The notes: generated from the sequence alone by a model not told the origin. 45,771 bases of DNA from Pirellulaceae bacterium (GCA_044238045.1 JBIIEC010000001.1:1-45771), one strand, 5' to 3'; shown: positions 28,587 to 38,729, counted from the first letter of the stretch. Made by a program: numbers and translations.

Positions 28587-31154
28587 TCAGGGAATGCGGC
28601 AGCCTTCGGCTCGCCAGACCTGTTCAGCGTATTCGCGGATCGTCCGGTCGCTGGAGAAATGTCCCGACGCGGCGACGTTGAGTACCGCCAGGCGACTCCA
28701 GTCGTCGGCGTCACGGAAGCGCTGGCCGGCGCGGTGTTGCGCCGCAGCGTAGGACTGCAGGTCGGCCAGGTGCAGGTAGTAGTCGTTCCGTTCCAGGAGC
28801 TGGTCCACCAGCGGCTGGAACGCGCCGGGCTGGTCGGGGCAGAAGTGGTTGTCGCGGATCAGGTCGAGCGTCTCGCGAACTTCGGCGTCGTTCTCATAGT
28901 GCCAGCGAGCAAGATACCAGGGACGCGTCGTGGCGACCTGCTCGGCGTCCAGTCCGAACAGGAAAAAGTTCTCCTCGCCGGCCCGCTGGTACATCTCGAT
29001 GGTCGCTCCATCACGGGTCGCGACCGTCAGCGCGCCGTTCATCATGAACTTCATGTTGCTCGTGCCACTCGCCTCATATCCTGCCGTCGACAGCTGTTCG
29101 GAGATGTCCGCTGCGGGAATCAGTCGCTCGGCCAACGAGACGTTGTAGTTGGGCAGGAAGAGAACTCGCAGCTTCCGGGAGATGATCGTGTCGGCCTCGA
29201 TCGCGGCCGCGACGCGGTGGATGAAGAAGATCACCAGCTTGGCGAGGTGGTATGCCGGCGCCGCCTTGCCCGCGAAGAAGAACGTCCGCGGCGGCAGGTC
29301 CAGGCCGGGATCCTTGCGCAGGCGATTGTAGAGCACCACGATGTGCAGGGCGTTGAGCAGCTGCCGCTTGTATTCGTGGATCCGCTTGATGTGGCAGTCG
29401 AAGATCGTGTCGGGATCGACGGCCAGCCCGCTGGACTTCCGCAGCCAGTCCACAAGCCGCAGTTTCGCCCCGCGCTTGGCGCGACGGAAACGTTCGCGGA
29501 ACACGGGATCGTCGGCGAGGGGGCGAAGCTGTTCCAGTCGTCCGGTCTCCGTGAGCCATCCGTCGCCGATCGCCTCGGTCAGCAGTCCGGCCAGGTCGGG
29601 ATTGGCGAGCGCGACCCAGCGACGGGGGGTCACGCCGTTGGTGATGTTGCGGAATCGCTCCGGATACATCTCCGCGAAGTCGGGAACCAGTCGCGTGCGC
29701 ACGAGCTGCGAATGGATGGCGGCGACGCCGTTGGTGCTGTGCGAACCGACGATCGCCAAGTGGGCCATCCGCACCGTCCGTGTCGTGCCCTCCTCCACCA
29801 GGCTCATCCGCTGCACGCGCCGTCCATCCTCCGGATAACGGACGCGCACTTCGTCCAGGAAACGCCGGTTGATCTCGTAAACGATCTCCAGCAGCCGCGG
29901 ACACAGCAGCTCGAAGAAACCCACAGGCCACTTCTCCAATGCTTCGGGCAGCAGCGTATGGTTTGTGTAGGCCAGCGTGCGGATCGTCAAGTCCCAGGCC
30001 ACGTCCCACGGCAGTCGGGCCTGGTCGAGCAGGATGCGCATCAGTTCGGCGACGGCCATCGCGGGGTGCGTGTCGTTCAGCTGGATGGCTACCTTTTCGG
30101 GCAGCAGCGCCCAGTCGGCGTTCTCGCGACGGAAGCGGCCGATGATGTCGCCCAGCGAACAGCAGACAAGGAAGTACTGCTGGGCAAAACGCAGCACGCG
30201 GCCGACCTGCGTGGAATCGTCGGGGTAGAGCACGCGCGTGATCGTCTCGGCCATCAGGCGGTCCATGATCGCGCCGACGAAGTCGCCTGAGCTGAATTCG
30301 CCGAAGTCAAAATAGTCGGGCGACTCGGCCTTCCAGAGACGCAGCGTGTTGATGGTGTTGCCGCCGTGCCCGACGACCGGCCGGTCGTACGGAACGCCGA
30401 TGAGTTTCATCGTGCGTTCGGAGCTGGCGCGGAGCACGCCATTCTCCAGGTAAAAGAAGCAGCCGATCGGCACCTCCACGGTTTCACGCGGCCGCGCGAC
30501 CTCCCACGGATCGGGCCGCGCCAGCCAGTGGTCCGGCTGCTCCACCTGCCGGCCGCCCACGATCTCCTGGCGAAAGATCCCATACTCATAACGCAGGCCC
30601 TGGCCCATCGACGGGATGTGCAGCGTGGCCATCGATTCGATGAAGCAGGCGGCAAGTCGGCCGAGTCCACCGTTGCCCAGCCCGGCGTCCATCTCCGTCT
30701 CCAGCAGTCCGTGCCAGTCGCGACGCGCGTCCGTCTGCAGGTCGCTTTCGACAAATGACTGCACACCGAGGTTCAGGATGTTGTTGCTGAGCGACCGCCC
30801 GAGCAGGAACTCCATCGAAAGATAGTAGACCCGTTTCGGATTTTCGCGATCCTGTGTCTGCTGGGTCAGCAGCCAGCGCTGGGTGAGCAGGTCGCGCAGC
30901 GACAGGGCGACGGCTTCGAAGCGATCCCGCTGGCTGGCCGCCTCCATCGAAATCGCATGGTCAAACATCAGGTGGCGGTCGTAGTAGTCGAGTTCCGAGA
31001 ACCGGAACGGACCGCACTCATACTGCCGCAGCTCCTCGCGGAGGGGCGGAGGCGAGGACTGCGCGGGCGAACTGCTGGGGTGCGGCGCGGAATGTGGCGC
31101 GGAATGCGGCGCGGAATGTGGCGCGGAATGCGGCGGGTCAGGCGGATCGTGCAT
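28587..31154 (-). CDS. glgP: Glycogen/maltodextrin phosphorylase
   Basis: YYLSMEFLLGRSLSNNILNLG, EASGTSNMKFMMNG (PLP-lysine context); 855 aa. The N-terminus carries (HSAP)x4 if the ATG at 31154 is used. Confidence 0.93.
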   Translation of the reverse strand: MHDPPDPPHSAPHSAPHSAPHSAPHPSSSPAQSSPPPLREELRQYECGPFRFSELDYYDRHLMFDHAISMEAASQRDRFEAVALSLRDLLTQRWLLTQQTQDRENPKRVYYLSMEFLLGRSLSNNILNLGVQSFVESDLQTDARRDWHGLLETEMDAGLGNGGLGRLAACFIESMATLHIPSMGQGLRYEYGIFRQEIVGGRQVEQPDHWLARPDPWEVARPRETVEVPIGCFFYLENGVLRASSERTMKLIGVPYDRPVVGHGGNTINTLRLWKAESPDYFDFGEFSSGDFVGAIMDRLMAETITRVLYPDDSTQVGRVLRFAQQYFLVCCSLGDIIGRFRRENADWALLPEKVAIQLNDTHPAMAVAELMRILLDQARLPWDVAWDLTIRTLAYTNHTLLPEALEKWPVGFFELLCPRLLEIVYEINRRFLDEVRVRYPEDGRRVQRMSLVEEGTTRTVRMAHLAIVGSHSTNGVAAIHSQLVRTRLVPDFAEMYPERFRNITNGVTPRRWVALANPDLAGLLTEAIGDGWLTETGRLEQLRPLADDPVFRERFRRAKRGAKLRLVDWLRKSSGLAVDPDTIFDCHIKRIHEYKRQLLNALHIVVLYNRLRKDPGLDLPPRTFFFAGKAAPAYHLAKLVIFFIHRVAAAIEADTIISRKLRVLFLPNYNVSLAERLIPAADISEQLSTAGYEASGTSNMKFMMNGALTVATRDGATIEMYQRAGEENFFLFGLDAEQVATTRPWYLARWHYENDAEVRETLDLIRDNHFCPDQPGAFQPLVDQLLERNDYYLHLADLQSYAAAQHRAGQRFRDADDWSRLAVLNVAASGHFSSDRTIREYAEQVWRAEGCRIP
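31082..31129. repeat. 12-nt tandem repeat x4 (g[c/t]ggcgcggaat) at the 5' end of glgP
   Basis: Copies at 31082-31093, 31094-31105, 31106-31117 and 31118-31129, equivalent to a perfect 24-mer x2. Encodes HSAPHSAPHSAPHSAP on the minus strand. Confidence 0.9.
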
Positions 31155-31265
31155 GGGCCGCGAGGCTCCGGGTATCCGCCCGCCATGGCGTGGTTGCGAT
31201 GCGTGGAGTAATAACCTCTGCAGCTGTGCGGACTGCGGGACCGGTGTGGGCTTTCGGTCCCCGCG

Positions 31266-32342
31266 TCAGTCGCCCAGGCAGACGTTCATGGAGCGAGCCG
31301 TGCGCACGAGGCCGCCATCGGTGGGCACGGTCTTCAGCGAACGGACGGCTTCCTGCAGCGGCACGCTGCCGATGTGCGTGCCCAGGTGGGCCACCATGCG
31401 CCCGAACTGACCCTCGGCAACCAAGCGTACCGCCTCGGCGCCGAAAATGGAACAGAGAGCCCGGTCGAAGGTGGTGGGGCCGCCGCCACGCTGCAGGTGT
31501 CCCAGCACGCAGCAGCGCGTCTCCTTGCCCGTTCGCTTTTCGATCTCCGCCGCCACCGCCGCACCGATGCCGCCGAGCCGTGTTTCGCCGTGCCCAGGCT
31601 GGTTTTTCGTCGTGACCACGGCGCCGCCACTCGGCATCGCGCCCTCCGCGACGACGACGATCGAGAACCGTCGTCCCCTCGCCTCGCGTTCCAGGATCTT
31701 CGCGCACACCGGTTCGTACGAAAACGGGATCTCGGGGATCAGGATCACATCGGCCCCGCCCGCGATGCCCGCGTAGATGGCAATCCAGCCGGCGTAGCGG
31801 CCCATCACCTCCAGCACCATCACCCGATCGTGGCTCTCGGCCGTCGTGTGCAGCCGATCGAGCGCATCGGTGGCGCAGGCAACGGCCGAGTCGAACCCGA
31901 AGGTCATGGTGGTGCCCTGCAGGTCGTTGTCGATGGTCTTGGGAACGCCCACCAGCGGAATGCCATGTTCGTGCATCTGCTGGGCGATGGTGAGCGAACC
32001 GTCGCCGCCGATGCTGATGAGCGCCGAAAGGCCTAGTCGCCGCATTCCTTCCCGGGCGCCGTCGAGCAGTTCGGCGGGCAGTTGGCGGTTTTCGCCAAGG
32101 CCGACCTTGGCCGAGAAACGCCCGCGATTGGCGGTGCCCAGGATCGTGCCGCCGCGCACTAGCAGTCCGTCGAGGTCGTGGTAGTCGAGCGTCCGCGAGC
32201 GGATCGGCTCGAGCAGTCCCTCGTAGCCGCCAAGGATGCCTACCGACTCCCAGCCCCGCTGCGTCGCCGACTTGACGGCCGCGCGAATGACCGCGTTCAG
32301 TCCGGGGCAGTCACCGCCGCCTGTCACGATGCCGATCTTCAT
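31266..32342 (-). CDS. pfkA: 6-phosphofructokinase (PfkA family; phosphoryl donor not assignable)
   Basis: MKIGIVTGGGDCPGLNAVIRAAV, SIGGDGSL, VGVPKTIDNDL and MGRYAGW. The ATG at 32342 gives 358 aa. The track ORF is over-extended. Confidence 0.92.
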   Translation of the reverse strand: MKIGIVTGGGDCPGLNAVIRAAVKSATQRGWESVGILGGYEGLLEPIRSRTLDYHDLDGLLVRGGTILGTANRGRFSAKVGLGENRQLPAELLDGAREGMRRLGLSALISIGGDGSLTIAQQMHEHGIPLVGVPKTIDNDLQGTTMTFGFDSAVACATDALDRLHTTAESHDRVMVLEVMGRYAGWIAIYAGIAGGADVILIPEIPFSYEPVCAKILEREARGRRFSIVVVAEGAMPSGGAVVTTKNQPGHGETRLGGIGAAVAAEIEKRTGKETRCCVLGHLQRGGGPTTFDRALCSIFGAEAVRLVAEGQFGRMVAHLGTHIGSVPLQEAVRSLKTVPTDGGLVRTARSMNVCLGD

Positions 32343-32475
32343 GCACTCTGCGTCCTGGGGGTTCGTCGGGGTGAACCTGGGGGTTCGTCGGGGTGAAATG
32401 GAGTCGGCGGTGGCGAGTCGACCAGGCGGCGCTGGGTGAACGCACCCAGGGGCTGGCCCGAGTGACCGACGGTTG

Positions 32476-33753
32476 TCAGCCGATGCGGTCCTTGCCCATG
32501 TAGGGCCGGAGGACTTCGGGGACGAGCACCGAGCCGTCCGGCTGCTGGTAGTTCTCGAGCACGGCGATGATGGCGCGGCTGAGCGCGATGGCGGTGCCGT
32601 TGAGGGTGTGCACGAAGTTCGTGCCTTTCTCGCCGGGCGTCTTGTAGCGGACATTCAGGCGGCGGGCCTGGTAGTCGGTGCAGTTGCTGGTGCTGGTGAC
32701 TTCGCCCCATTCGCCGTTTTCGCCGCGCCCGGGCATCCAGGCTTCGAGGTCGAACTTGCGGTAGGCCGGCGCGCCGAGGTCGCCGGTGGAGGTGTCCACG
32801 ACGCGGAAGGGAATGCCCAGCGCGTCGAACAGGTCGCACTCGATGCGGCACAGTTCATCGTGCATCGCGTCGCTGGTTTCCGGCGTGGTGAAGGCGAACA
32901 TCTCGACCTTCGTGAACTGGTGCACGCGGTAGAGTCCCCGCGACGCGCGGCCGTGCGCGCCAGCTTCCGTGCGGAAGCAGTGGCTGATGCCGCACATCTT
33001 GATCGGCAGCTGCTCCAACGACAGGATCTCGTCCGCCAGGTAGCCGCCCAGCGTGATCTCCGCCGTCGCCACCAGGCACAGGTCGCTGTCCGAGATGCTG
33101 TAGATCTGCGTTTCGGTCCCGCGCGGGTTGAAGCCGATGCCCTCCAGGATCTCCCGTCGCGCCAGGTCGGGCGTGGTGGTGAGCATGAAGCCTTCGCGCA
33201 TCAGCACTTCGACCGCGAACCGCTGCAAGGCGAGGTCCAGCAGCACCGCGTCGTTTTTCAGGAAGTAGAAGCCGTGTCCGGTGGTCTTCGCACCGGCCTC
33301 GAAGTCGAACAGGCCGAGCCGCTGGCCGATTTCGACATGGTCCTGCGGCTTGAAGGCGAAGTCGCGCGGCGCGTGCTTGCCGCGCCGACATTCGAGGTTC
33401 TCGGCGTCGGTGAAGCCGATGGGCGCGGCCGGATGGGCCATGTTGGGAATGCCCCGCTGGATCGTCTCCAGTTCCGCCTGCCACGCGTTCAACGTGTGCT
33501 CCGACGAATCCTTCGCCTCGCGCAGCCGTCGGCCTTCCTCCTTGCGCGCCTCACGCTCCTCGGCATCCTTGGCCTTGCCGATCGACTTGGCGACCTCGTT
33601 TGCCTGCCGGTTCAGGTCCTGCAGCTCCTGAAGCTTGTCGCGACACAGGCGATCCAGCTCGACGAAGCGGTCGAGGTCGGCGGGCATGCCGCGGTTGGCG
33701 CAGTTTTGTTTGACCGCTTCGATGTGGTCGACGATGAACTTCCGGTCCAGCAT
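32476..33753 (-). CDS. serS: Serine--tRNA ligase
   Basis: N-terminal coiled-coil arm (MLDRKFIVDHIEAVKQN...) and a class II core (FRTEAGAHGRASRGLYRVHQFTKVE, GEWGEVTSTSNCTDYQARR). Confidence 0.95.
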   Translation of the reverse strand: MLDRKFIVDHIEAVKQNCANRGMPADLDRFVELDRLCRDKLQELQDLNRQANEVAKSIGKAKDAEEREARKEEGRRLREAKDSSEHTLNAWQAELETIQRGIPNMAHPAAPIGFTDAENLECRRGKHAPRDFAFKPQDHVEIGQRLGLFDFEAGAKTTGHGFYFLKNDAVLLDLALQRFAVEVLMREGFMLTTTPDLARREILEGIGFNPRGTETQIYSISDSDLCLVATAEITLGGYLADEILSLEQLPIKMCGISHCFRTEAGAHGRASRGLYRVHQFTKVEMFAFTTPETSDAMHDELCRIECDLFDALGIPFRVVDTSTGDLGAPAYRKFDLEAWMPGRGENGEWGEVTSTSNCTDYQARRLNVRYKTPGEKGTNFVHTLNGTAIALSRAIIAVLENYQQPDGSVLVPEVLRPYMGKDRIG

Positions 33754-33822
33754 GATCCTGATTCCCGTTCCGTGTGTGTTGCAAAGGGCCTCGGCGGCGC
33801 GAGCGGTCGGCTGCCTGATCGA

Positions 33823-35205
33823 CTAGGCGATGTTGCCGATCCGGCTGATCTCATCCCAGAGCCAGGCGCTGCTGCGGATGCCGCGATGGTAGTCTTCCAG
33901 CGAGAATTTTTCGTTCGGGCTGTGGGTATTGTCGTCGTCGAGGCCCCAGCCAAGCAGCAGGGTATCGACGCCCAGGCGTTCGGCGAAGTGGCCGACGATG
34001 GGGATGGAGCCGCCTTCGCGGATCATCACCGGCTCGCGGCCGAAGCCTTTGGCGATGGCCCGACGAGCGGCCGCCACGAAGGGACTTTCTCGCGGAATCA
34101 CGATCCCCGGCGCGTGGCTCATCTCCCGCAGTTCCATGCGGATGCCGGGCGGACAGAGTCGCGTGAGCATCTCGCGCAGGCTGGCCGCGATGCGGGCCGG
34201 ATCCTGGTGGGGGACGAGCCGGAAGCTGAACTTGGCCGACGCCCGCGCCGGCAGCACCGTCTTCGCACCCTCGCCCTGGTAACCGCTGGTGAGGCCGTTG
34301 ATGTCGTAGGTCGGCCGCACCCAGCGACGCTCCAGGGCCGAGAATCCCTCCTCGCCCGACAACGCGTCGACATCGAGTTGCCGTTTCAGGTCGTCTTCGC
34401 TGTACTGCAGTGACGCCAGTTGGTCTCGTTCGTCGTCGGGCAGCGGATCCACGCCGTCATAGAATCCGGGGATGGTGACGCGGCCACGGTCGTCGATCAG
34501 CGCGGCCATCATCCGGCAGAGGGCGAGCGCCGGGTTGGTCACGGCACCGCCGAACACACCCGAATGCAGGTCCTGCCGCGGTCCCTGCAGGACGACTTCA
34601 AAATAAGCCAATCCACGCAGGCCGTAGGTGATCGCCGGCTTGCCCCGCGCGAACTGGCTGCTATCGCTGACCACGACGATGTCGCACGCCAGCTTCTTGG
34701 CCGCCGCCGGGTCGTCCAAGTAATGGTGCAGGTTTGCGCTGCCCACCTCCTCCTCGCCCTCGATCAGGTACTTGATCTGCACGGGCAGTTCGCCCTGCGA
34801 TTCGATCCAGGCCTGCGCACTCTTGACGTGCGTCAGCATCTGGCCTTTGTCGTCCGTCGCGCCGCGCGCGAACAGGTTGCCGTCGCGCCGCGTGGGTTCG
34901 AAGGGCGGACTGATCCATTCGCCCAGCGGGTCGGGCGGCTGGACGTCATAGTGTCCGTACACGAGCACGACCGGGCGGCCGGGGCGCGGCGGCGACTGCG
35001 CGTACACCAGCGGGTGTCCCTGGGTCGGGATGATTTCGGTTTCGAAACGCAACTGCTGGAACTGATCGGCCACCCACTGCGCCGCACGCTCGACATCGGC
35101 CTTGTGGCGACTGTCGGTGCTGACGCTGGGAATTCGCAGCAGCTCGCACAGGTCGTCCTCGTATCGTTGACGCTGCGAGTGGAGGTGGTTGTCCAGATTG
35201 GACAT
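33823..35205 (-). CDS. M20 family metallopeptidase (dipeptidase-like)
   Basis: LLRIPSVSTDS..., VLVYGHYDVQPPDPL, WISPPFEPTRRDGNLFARGATDDKGQ and IEGEEEVGS. Confidence 0.88.
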   Translation of the reverse strand: MSNLDNHLHSQRQRYEDDLCELLRIPSVSTDSRHKADVERAAQWVADQFQQLRFETEIIPTQGHPLVYAQSPPRPGRPVVLVYGHYDVQPPDPLGEWISPPFEPTRRDGNLFARGATDDKGQMLTHVKSAQAWIESQGELPVQIKYLIEGEEEVGSANLHHYLDDPAAAKKLACDIVVVSDSSQFARGKPAITYGLRGLAYFEVVLQGPRQDLHSGVFGGAVTNPALALCRMMAALIDDRGRVTIPGFYDGVDPLPDDERDQLASLQYSEDDLKRQLDVDALSGEEGFSALERRWVRPTYDINGLTSGYQGEGAKTVLPARASAKFSFRLVPHQDPARIAASLREMLTRLCPPGIRMELREMSHAPGIVIPRESPFVAAARRAIAKGFGREPVMIREGGSIPIVGHFAERLGVDTLLLGWGLDDDNTHSPNEKFSLEDYHRGIRSSAWLWDEISRIGNIA

Positions 35206-35598
35206 GCATGAATCCTTAAACTTTGCCTAGAGCCCGCAGGTGCGTTCGCGCGGCGAGGGTGGCTATGCAATTCGGGTTAAAAAATGTTTCGAGGTTGCGC
35301 CGCGGGGGGGATTCCTACTTTTCGGACCGGTTGGGCCAAATATAATGAGAGGCCCCGGTAGGAATGAAGCGGCGGTAGCGGATCTATCGCCGATTTTCCC
35401 TTCCCGGCCTTGTCCTGCGGCGGCTTTCGCGGGTGGCCAGGATGCCGGTTCCGTTCCGTCCGAGCCTCTCGGAGGCGGCGGACCTAGCGACACCCGCGTC
35501 GCTTCGGTCACCCCCGTCCCGCACCGCGTCCGGTGCGAGGCCGCCGGGCGACTTCAGGTTCCTCGCTTTCGAACCAGACCCAAGGCATTGTTCTCCCC

Positions 35599-35958
35599 AT
35601 GTCGAACACCGCGACCGCCAAGCCGGATACGGACCTTCAGGAACAGACGGTTGAGAAGGCCGAACCGAGCCGCGACCAGCGTCCCAAGAAGCAGCCTCGG
35701 TACCACGTCATTCTCTGGGATGATAACGATCATTCGTATGACTATGTCATCCGCATGATGAAGGATCTTTTCGGCCATCCGGCGGAAAAGGGCTACGAAC
35801 TGGCGCGGGAAGTCGATACTGCGGGCCGTACCGTTTGTCTGACGACGACGCTGGAACATGCGGAACTCAAACGCGACCAGGTGCACGCTTTTGGCCGTGA
35901 TCGCCTCATCGCTCGCTGCAAGGGCTCGATGACCTGCACGCTCGAGGCCGAACGCTAA
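35599..35958 (+). CDS. clpS: ATP-dependent Clp protease adaptor ClpS
   Basis: PRYHVILWDDNDHSYDYVIRMMKDLFGH..EKGYELAREVDTAGRTVCLTTTLEHAELKRDQV. The ATG at 35599 gives 119 aa. No clpA is adjacent. Confidence 0.9.
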   Translation: MSNTATAKPDTDLQEQTVEKAEPSRDQRPKKQPRYHVILWDDNDHSYDYVIRMMKDLFGHPAEKGYELAREVDTAGRTVCLTTTLEHAELKRDQVHAFGRDRLIARCKGSMTCTLEAER

Positions 35959-36271
35959 GCGCCTCGCGCTGTTTCGCCCCGGCCGGCCGCGAAGCCGGTT
36001 CTGCCGCCGGACGCCGCCCCTCACCGGTCCTCTCTGCCTGGCTTGGTGTCCAGCGACCCTTTCTGTCCGCTGTTCGCTCGGAGTATACTGCTGGTCCGCC
36101 GATGCGGCGTTGGTCCAGGGCCGCTGTCTGGTGCGTTCCGGTAATGCATCTTCCGTCTGCCGTGTCTCCCCATGCGGTCTCGCGGGATGTGACAGTCCGC
36201 CGTCGCAGGTCCCGGGCGACGAGCGTCGCCTGACCGCAACGATCCCCTCGAACTTTGTCCGGTGTTGAAAC

Positions 36272-37606
36272 ATGACTCCCGCGAAGCTCAAGACGGTGAC
36301 CCTCGGTTGCAAGGTCAACCAGTACGAGACCGAGTATGTGCGGCAGGGGCTGGTCAACGCGGGTTTTTTTCGCGACGCCGCGGCCGACGAAGCGGCCGAC
36401 CTGTGCATCATCAACACCTGCACGGTTACGAATGAGGGTGATTCCAAGAGCCGCCAGGTGGTGCGACGGCTGGCGCGGGAGAATCCGGACGCGCGCCTGA
36501 TCGTCATGGGCTGTTACGCGACGCGCGCGCCCGAGGAACTGGCCGTGCTGCCGAACGTGGTCGAGGTGGTGACGGACAAACGCGAACTGCCCGACCTGCT
36601 GGGACGGTTTGGTGTCGTCGACGTTCCCGACGGCATTTCGCGGTTCGGCGATCGGCACCGCGCGTTCATCAAGGTGCAAGACGGTTGCCTGCTGCGTTGC
36701 AGTTACTGCATCATCCCGCAGGTGCGGCCCGAGATGAACAGTCGCGCGGCCGACCAGATCCTAGCGGAAACGCAACGGGTGGTGGCGAACGGCTATCGCG
36801 AAATCGTGCTCACGGGCATCCACCTGGGCCACTATGGCGTCGACCACAATCGCCACGTTCCGAAGGAGCAGTGGAACCGACTGTCCAGCCTGCTGCGCCG
36901 CATGATGGACCTGCCCGGCGACTTTCGCGTGCGCCTGTCGAGCATTGAGGCGACGGAGGTCACGCGCGAACTGCTGCAGGTCATGGCCGATCACCAGGAT
37001 CGCATCTGCCCGCACCTGCATGTGTGTCTGCAGAGTGGCTCGGATAGCGTGCTGCGCCGCATGCAGCGCCGCTGGGGCGCTCAACGGTTCATCGACCGCT
37101 GCCGGCTCGTGCGCGACTACCTGCCCCAGCCGGCCCTCACGACCGATGTGATCGTGGGGTTCCCCGGGGAGACCGAGGCTGAATTTGAGCAGACGTGTGA
37201 CGTGGTGCGTGACGTTGGTTTCTCGAAGGTGCACGTCTTCCCCTTCAGCGCCCGACGCGGCACTCCCGCCGCCACGATGCCACAGCAGGTCGACCGCGGT
37301 GTGATCGCCGAGCGATCGCGACGGCTGGCGGAGGTGGAATGCGAGCAGCGGTTTCAATACGCGCGATCGCTGCGGGGGCGACGACTGCAGGTGCTGGTGG
37401 AGGCGCCGACGAACGACGCGCAGATGCCCGGGATTGGCACGTCATGCCGCTACTTGCCGATCCGGCTGCATCGCGGCGAGCCGAGCCAGTTGGTGCAGGC
37501 GACCGTGGGCGAAGTCGAACCGGATGGAACGCTCCGCGCGGCGTTCGTCGTGGGGGATGTTTCCGAGCAGGCATCGGTCGAGTCCGGGGTTGGCAGCCAG
37601 CGGTGA
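36272..37606 (+). CDS. mtaB: MiaB-like radical SAM methylthiotransferase (MtaB type)
   Basis: N-terminal UPF0004 domain (TLGCKVNQYETE..., INTCTVT) and a radical SAM CLLRCSYC cluster motif. Confidence 0.85.
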   Translation: MTPAKLKTVTLGCKVNQYETEYVRQGLVNAGFFRDAAADEAADLCIINTCTVTNEGDSKSRQVVRRLARENPDARLIVMGCYATRAPEELAVLPNVVEVVTDKRELPDLLGRFGVVDVPDGISRFGDRHRAFIKVQDGCLLRCSYCIIPQVRPEMNSRAADQILAETQRVVANGYREIVLTGIHLGHYGVDHNRHVPKEQWNRLSSLLRRMMDLPGDFRVRLSSIEATEVTRELLQVMADHQDRICPHLHVCLQSGSDSVLRRMQRRWGAQRFIDRCRLVRDYLPQPALTTDVIVGFPGETEAEFEQTCDVVRDVGFSKVHVFPFSARRGTPAATMPQQVDRGVIAERSRRLAEVECEQRFQYARSLRGRRLQVLVEAPTNDAQMPGIGTSCRYLPIRLHRGEPSQLVQATVGEVEPDGTLRAAFVVGDVSEQASVESGVGSQR

Positions 37607-37714
37607 CGGATTCCGTCGACGCCAGGAACCGGCCAAGCCGCGGATGCGTGGGAATGTCTGTTCCCGCGCATCGCTCGATCGAGCGGTTCGCGTTGAGGAA
37701 GGGAAGTTGCGAGC

Positions 37715-38353
37715 ATGTCGATTTCGGATGCGGCGGACGGCCGATCGGACCGTGGTGTAAAAGCGTGGGCCTCCGCTCGCGGAGTGCTGCTGCCGGCGCT
37801 GCTGCTGCTGGCGCTGGTCATGGTGGGGTGCGGCGCGAGGGAAGCTTCGCGCGAAGCGGATTCATCCACTGCGGCACCGCATTCAAGCGTGCCAGCCGCC
37901 GTCTCGGAGGCGGAGTCGGCGGTTGTGAAGCTGCGGGTGCTGTCGCCAGCCGACTATGACGAGTTTCTGTCACAGCATCGAGGCAAGGTGGTGCTGGTCG
38001 ACTTCTGGGCCACCTGGTGCGCGGTCTGCGTGGAGGGTTTGCCGCACACGCTGGAGCTGCAGCGGAAGTACGGGGACCGCGGGCTGGTGGTGGCGACGGT
38101 GGCGATGGAAGATGGCGAGAACCAGTCGGCGGCCGAATCGCTGCTTGGCAAGGCCGGCGGTGCGGGGACACACTTCCTGTCGTCGTTGGGCACCGATCCC
38201 CAGGGCGCTCAAGCGTTCGGAATCGAGCGGGGAACGATCCCGGCCATCAAGGTGTTCGACCGTTCGGGGCAACTGGACAGGACCTTCGGGGATGGAGACC
38301 TGATCCCGCATGCCGAGGTCGAGCAGCGGGTTGCGGAGTTGCTTCGCAAGTAA
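37715..38353 (+). CDS. TlpA-like thioredoxin-fold lipoprotein (thiol:disulfide oxidoreductase)
   Basis: Lipoprotein signal with ..LLLLALVMVGC, and a redox motif VVLVDFWATWCAVCVEGLP. Confidence 0.82.
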   Translation: MSISDAADGRSDRGVKAWASARGVLLPALLLLALVMVGCGAREASREADSSTAAPHSSVPAAVSEAESAVVKLRVLSPADYDEFLSQHRGKVVLVDFWATWCAVCVEGLPHTLELQRKYGDRGLVVATVAMEDGENQSAAESLLGKAGGAGTHFLSSLGTDPQGAQAFGIERGTIPAIKVFDRSGQLDRTFGDGDLIPHAEVEQRVAELLRK

Positions 38354-38497
38354 CCGGCCCCTCGCCGCAGGTCTCGCAGCGAACTCACGTCGCGTTGCCG
38401 TGCGGGGCCGCACATCGGCGTCGAGTCCGTTCGCCCGTCGCGGCTGCTGGCAGGACGCGAGAGGCTCCCCGTCGACTCGCCGGGCGTCGGGCGTTCG

Positions 38498-38527
38498 TTG
38501 ACATGAAGCCTTGGCCGGGTTTAGAAT
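38498..38527 (+). promoter_or_regulatory. Sigma70-like promoter (TTGACA-N18-TAGAAT) about 200 nt upstream of acs
   Basis: -35 ttgaca at 38498-38503 (6/6) and -10 tagaat at 38522-38527 (5/6), with an 18-nt spacer. Whether planctomycetal housekeeping sigma uses this consensus is an assumption. Confidence 0.45.
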
Positions 38528-38729
38528 TCCGGGCTTGCCGCGGCGTGTTGTGCGTTGTTTTCCGGGTTCTCGCCGGTCTCCGCGGCCGGTCTGCTCCAGG
38601 GCTCCGCGCGGGGCGACTTGGTGGCAGCTTGCCCCATGCCTGACCCGGGGTAGGCTCCGAGTGGACCCCGAGGTGGCCCAGGTTCGAGCGTCTTTCCGGA
38701 AGATCCTCTAGAGGAAGCAGTGTGGTTCT

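Noticed and set aside
35206-35598. A TATAAT hexamer (in ...gggccaaatataatgag...) and an 8-bp inverted repeat attcctac/gtaggaat in the divergent M20-clpS intergenic region.
   Set aside because: There is no acceptable -35 element at 16-19 nt spacing, and a clpS leader of more than 250 nt would be implied. This is not enough to call a promoter or operator.
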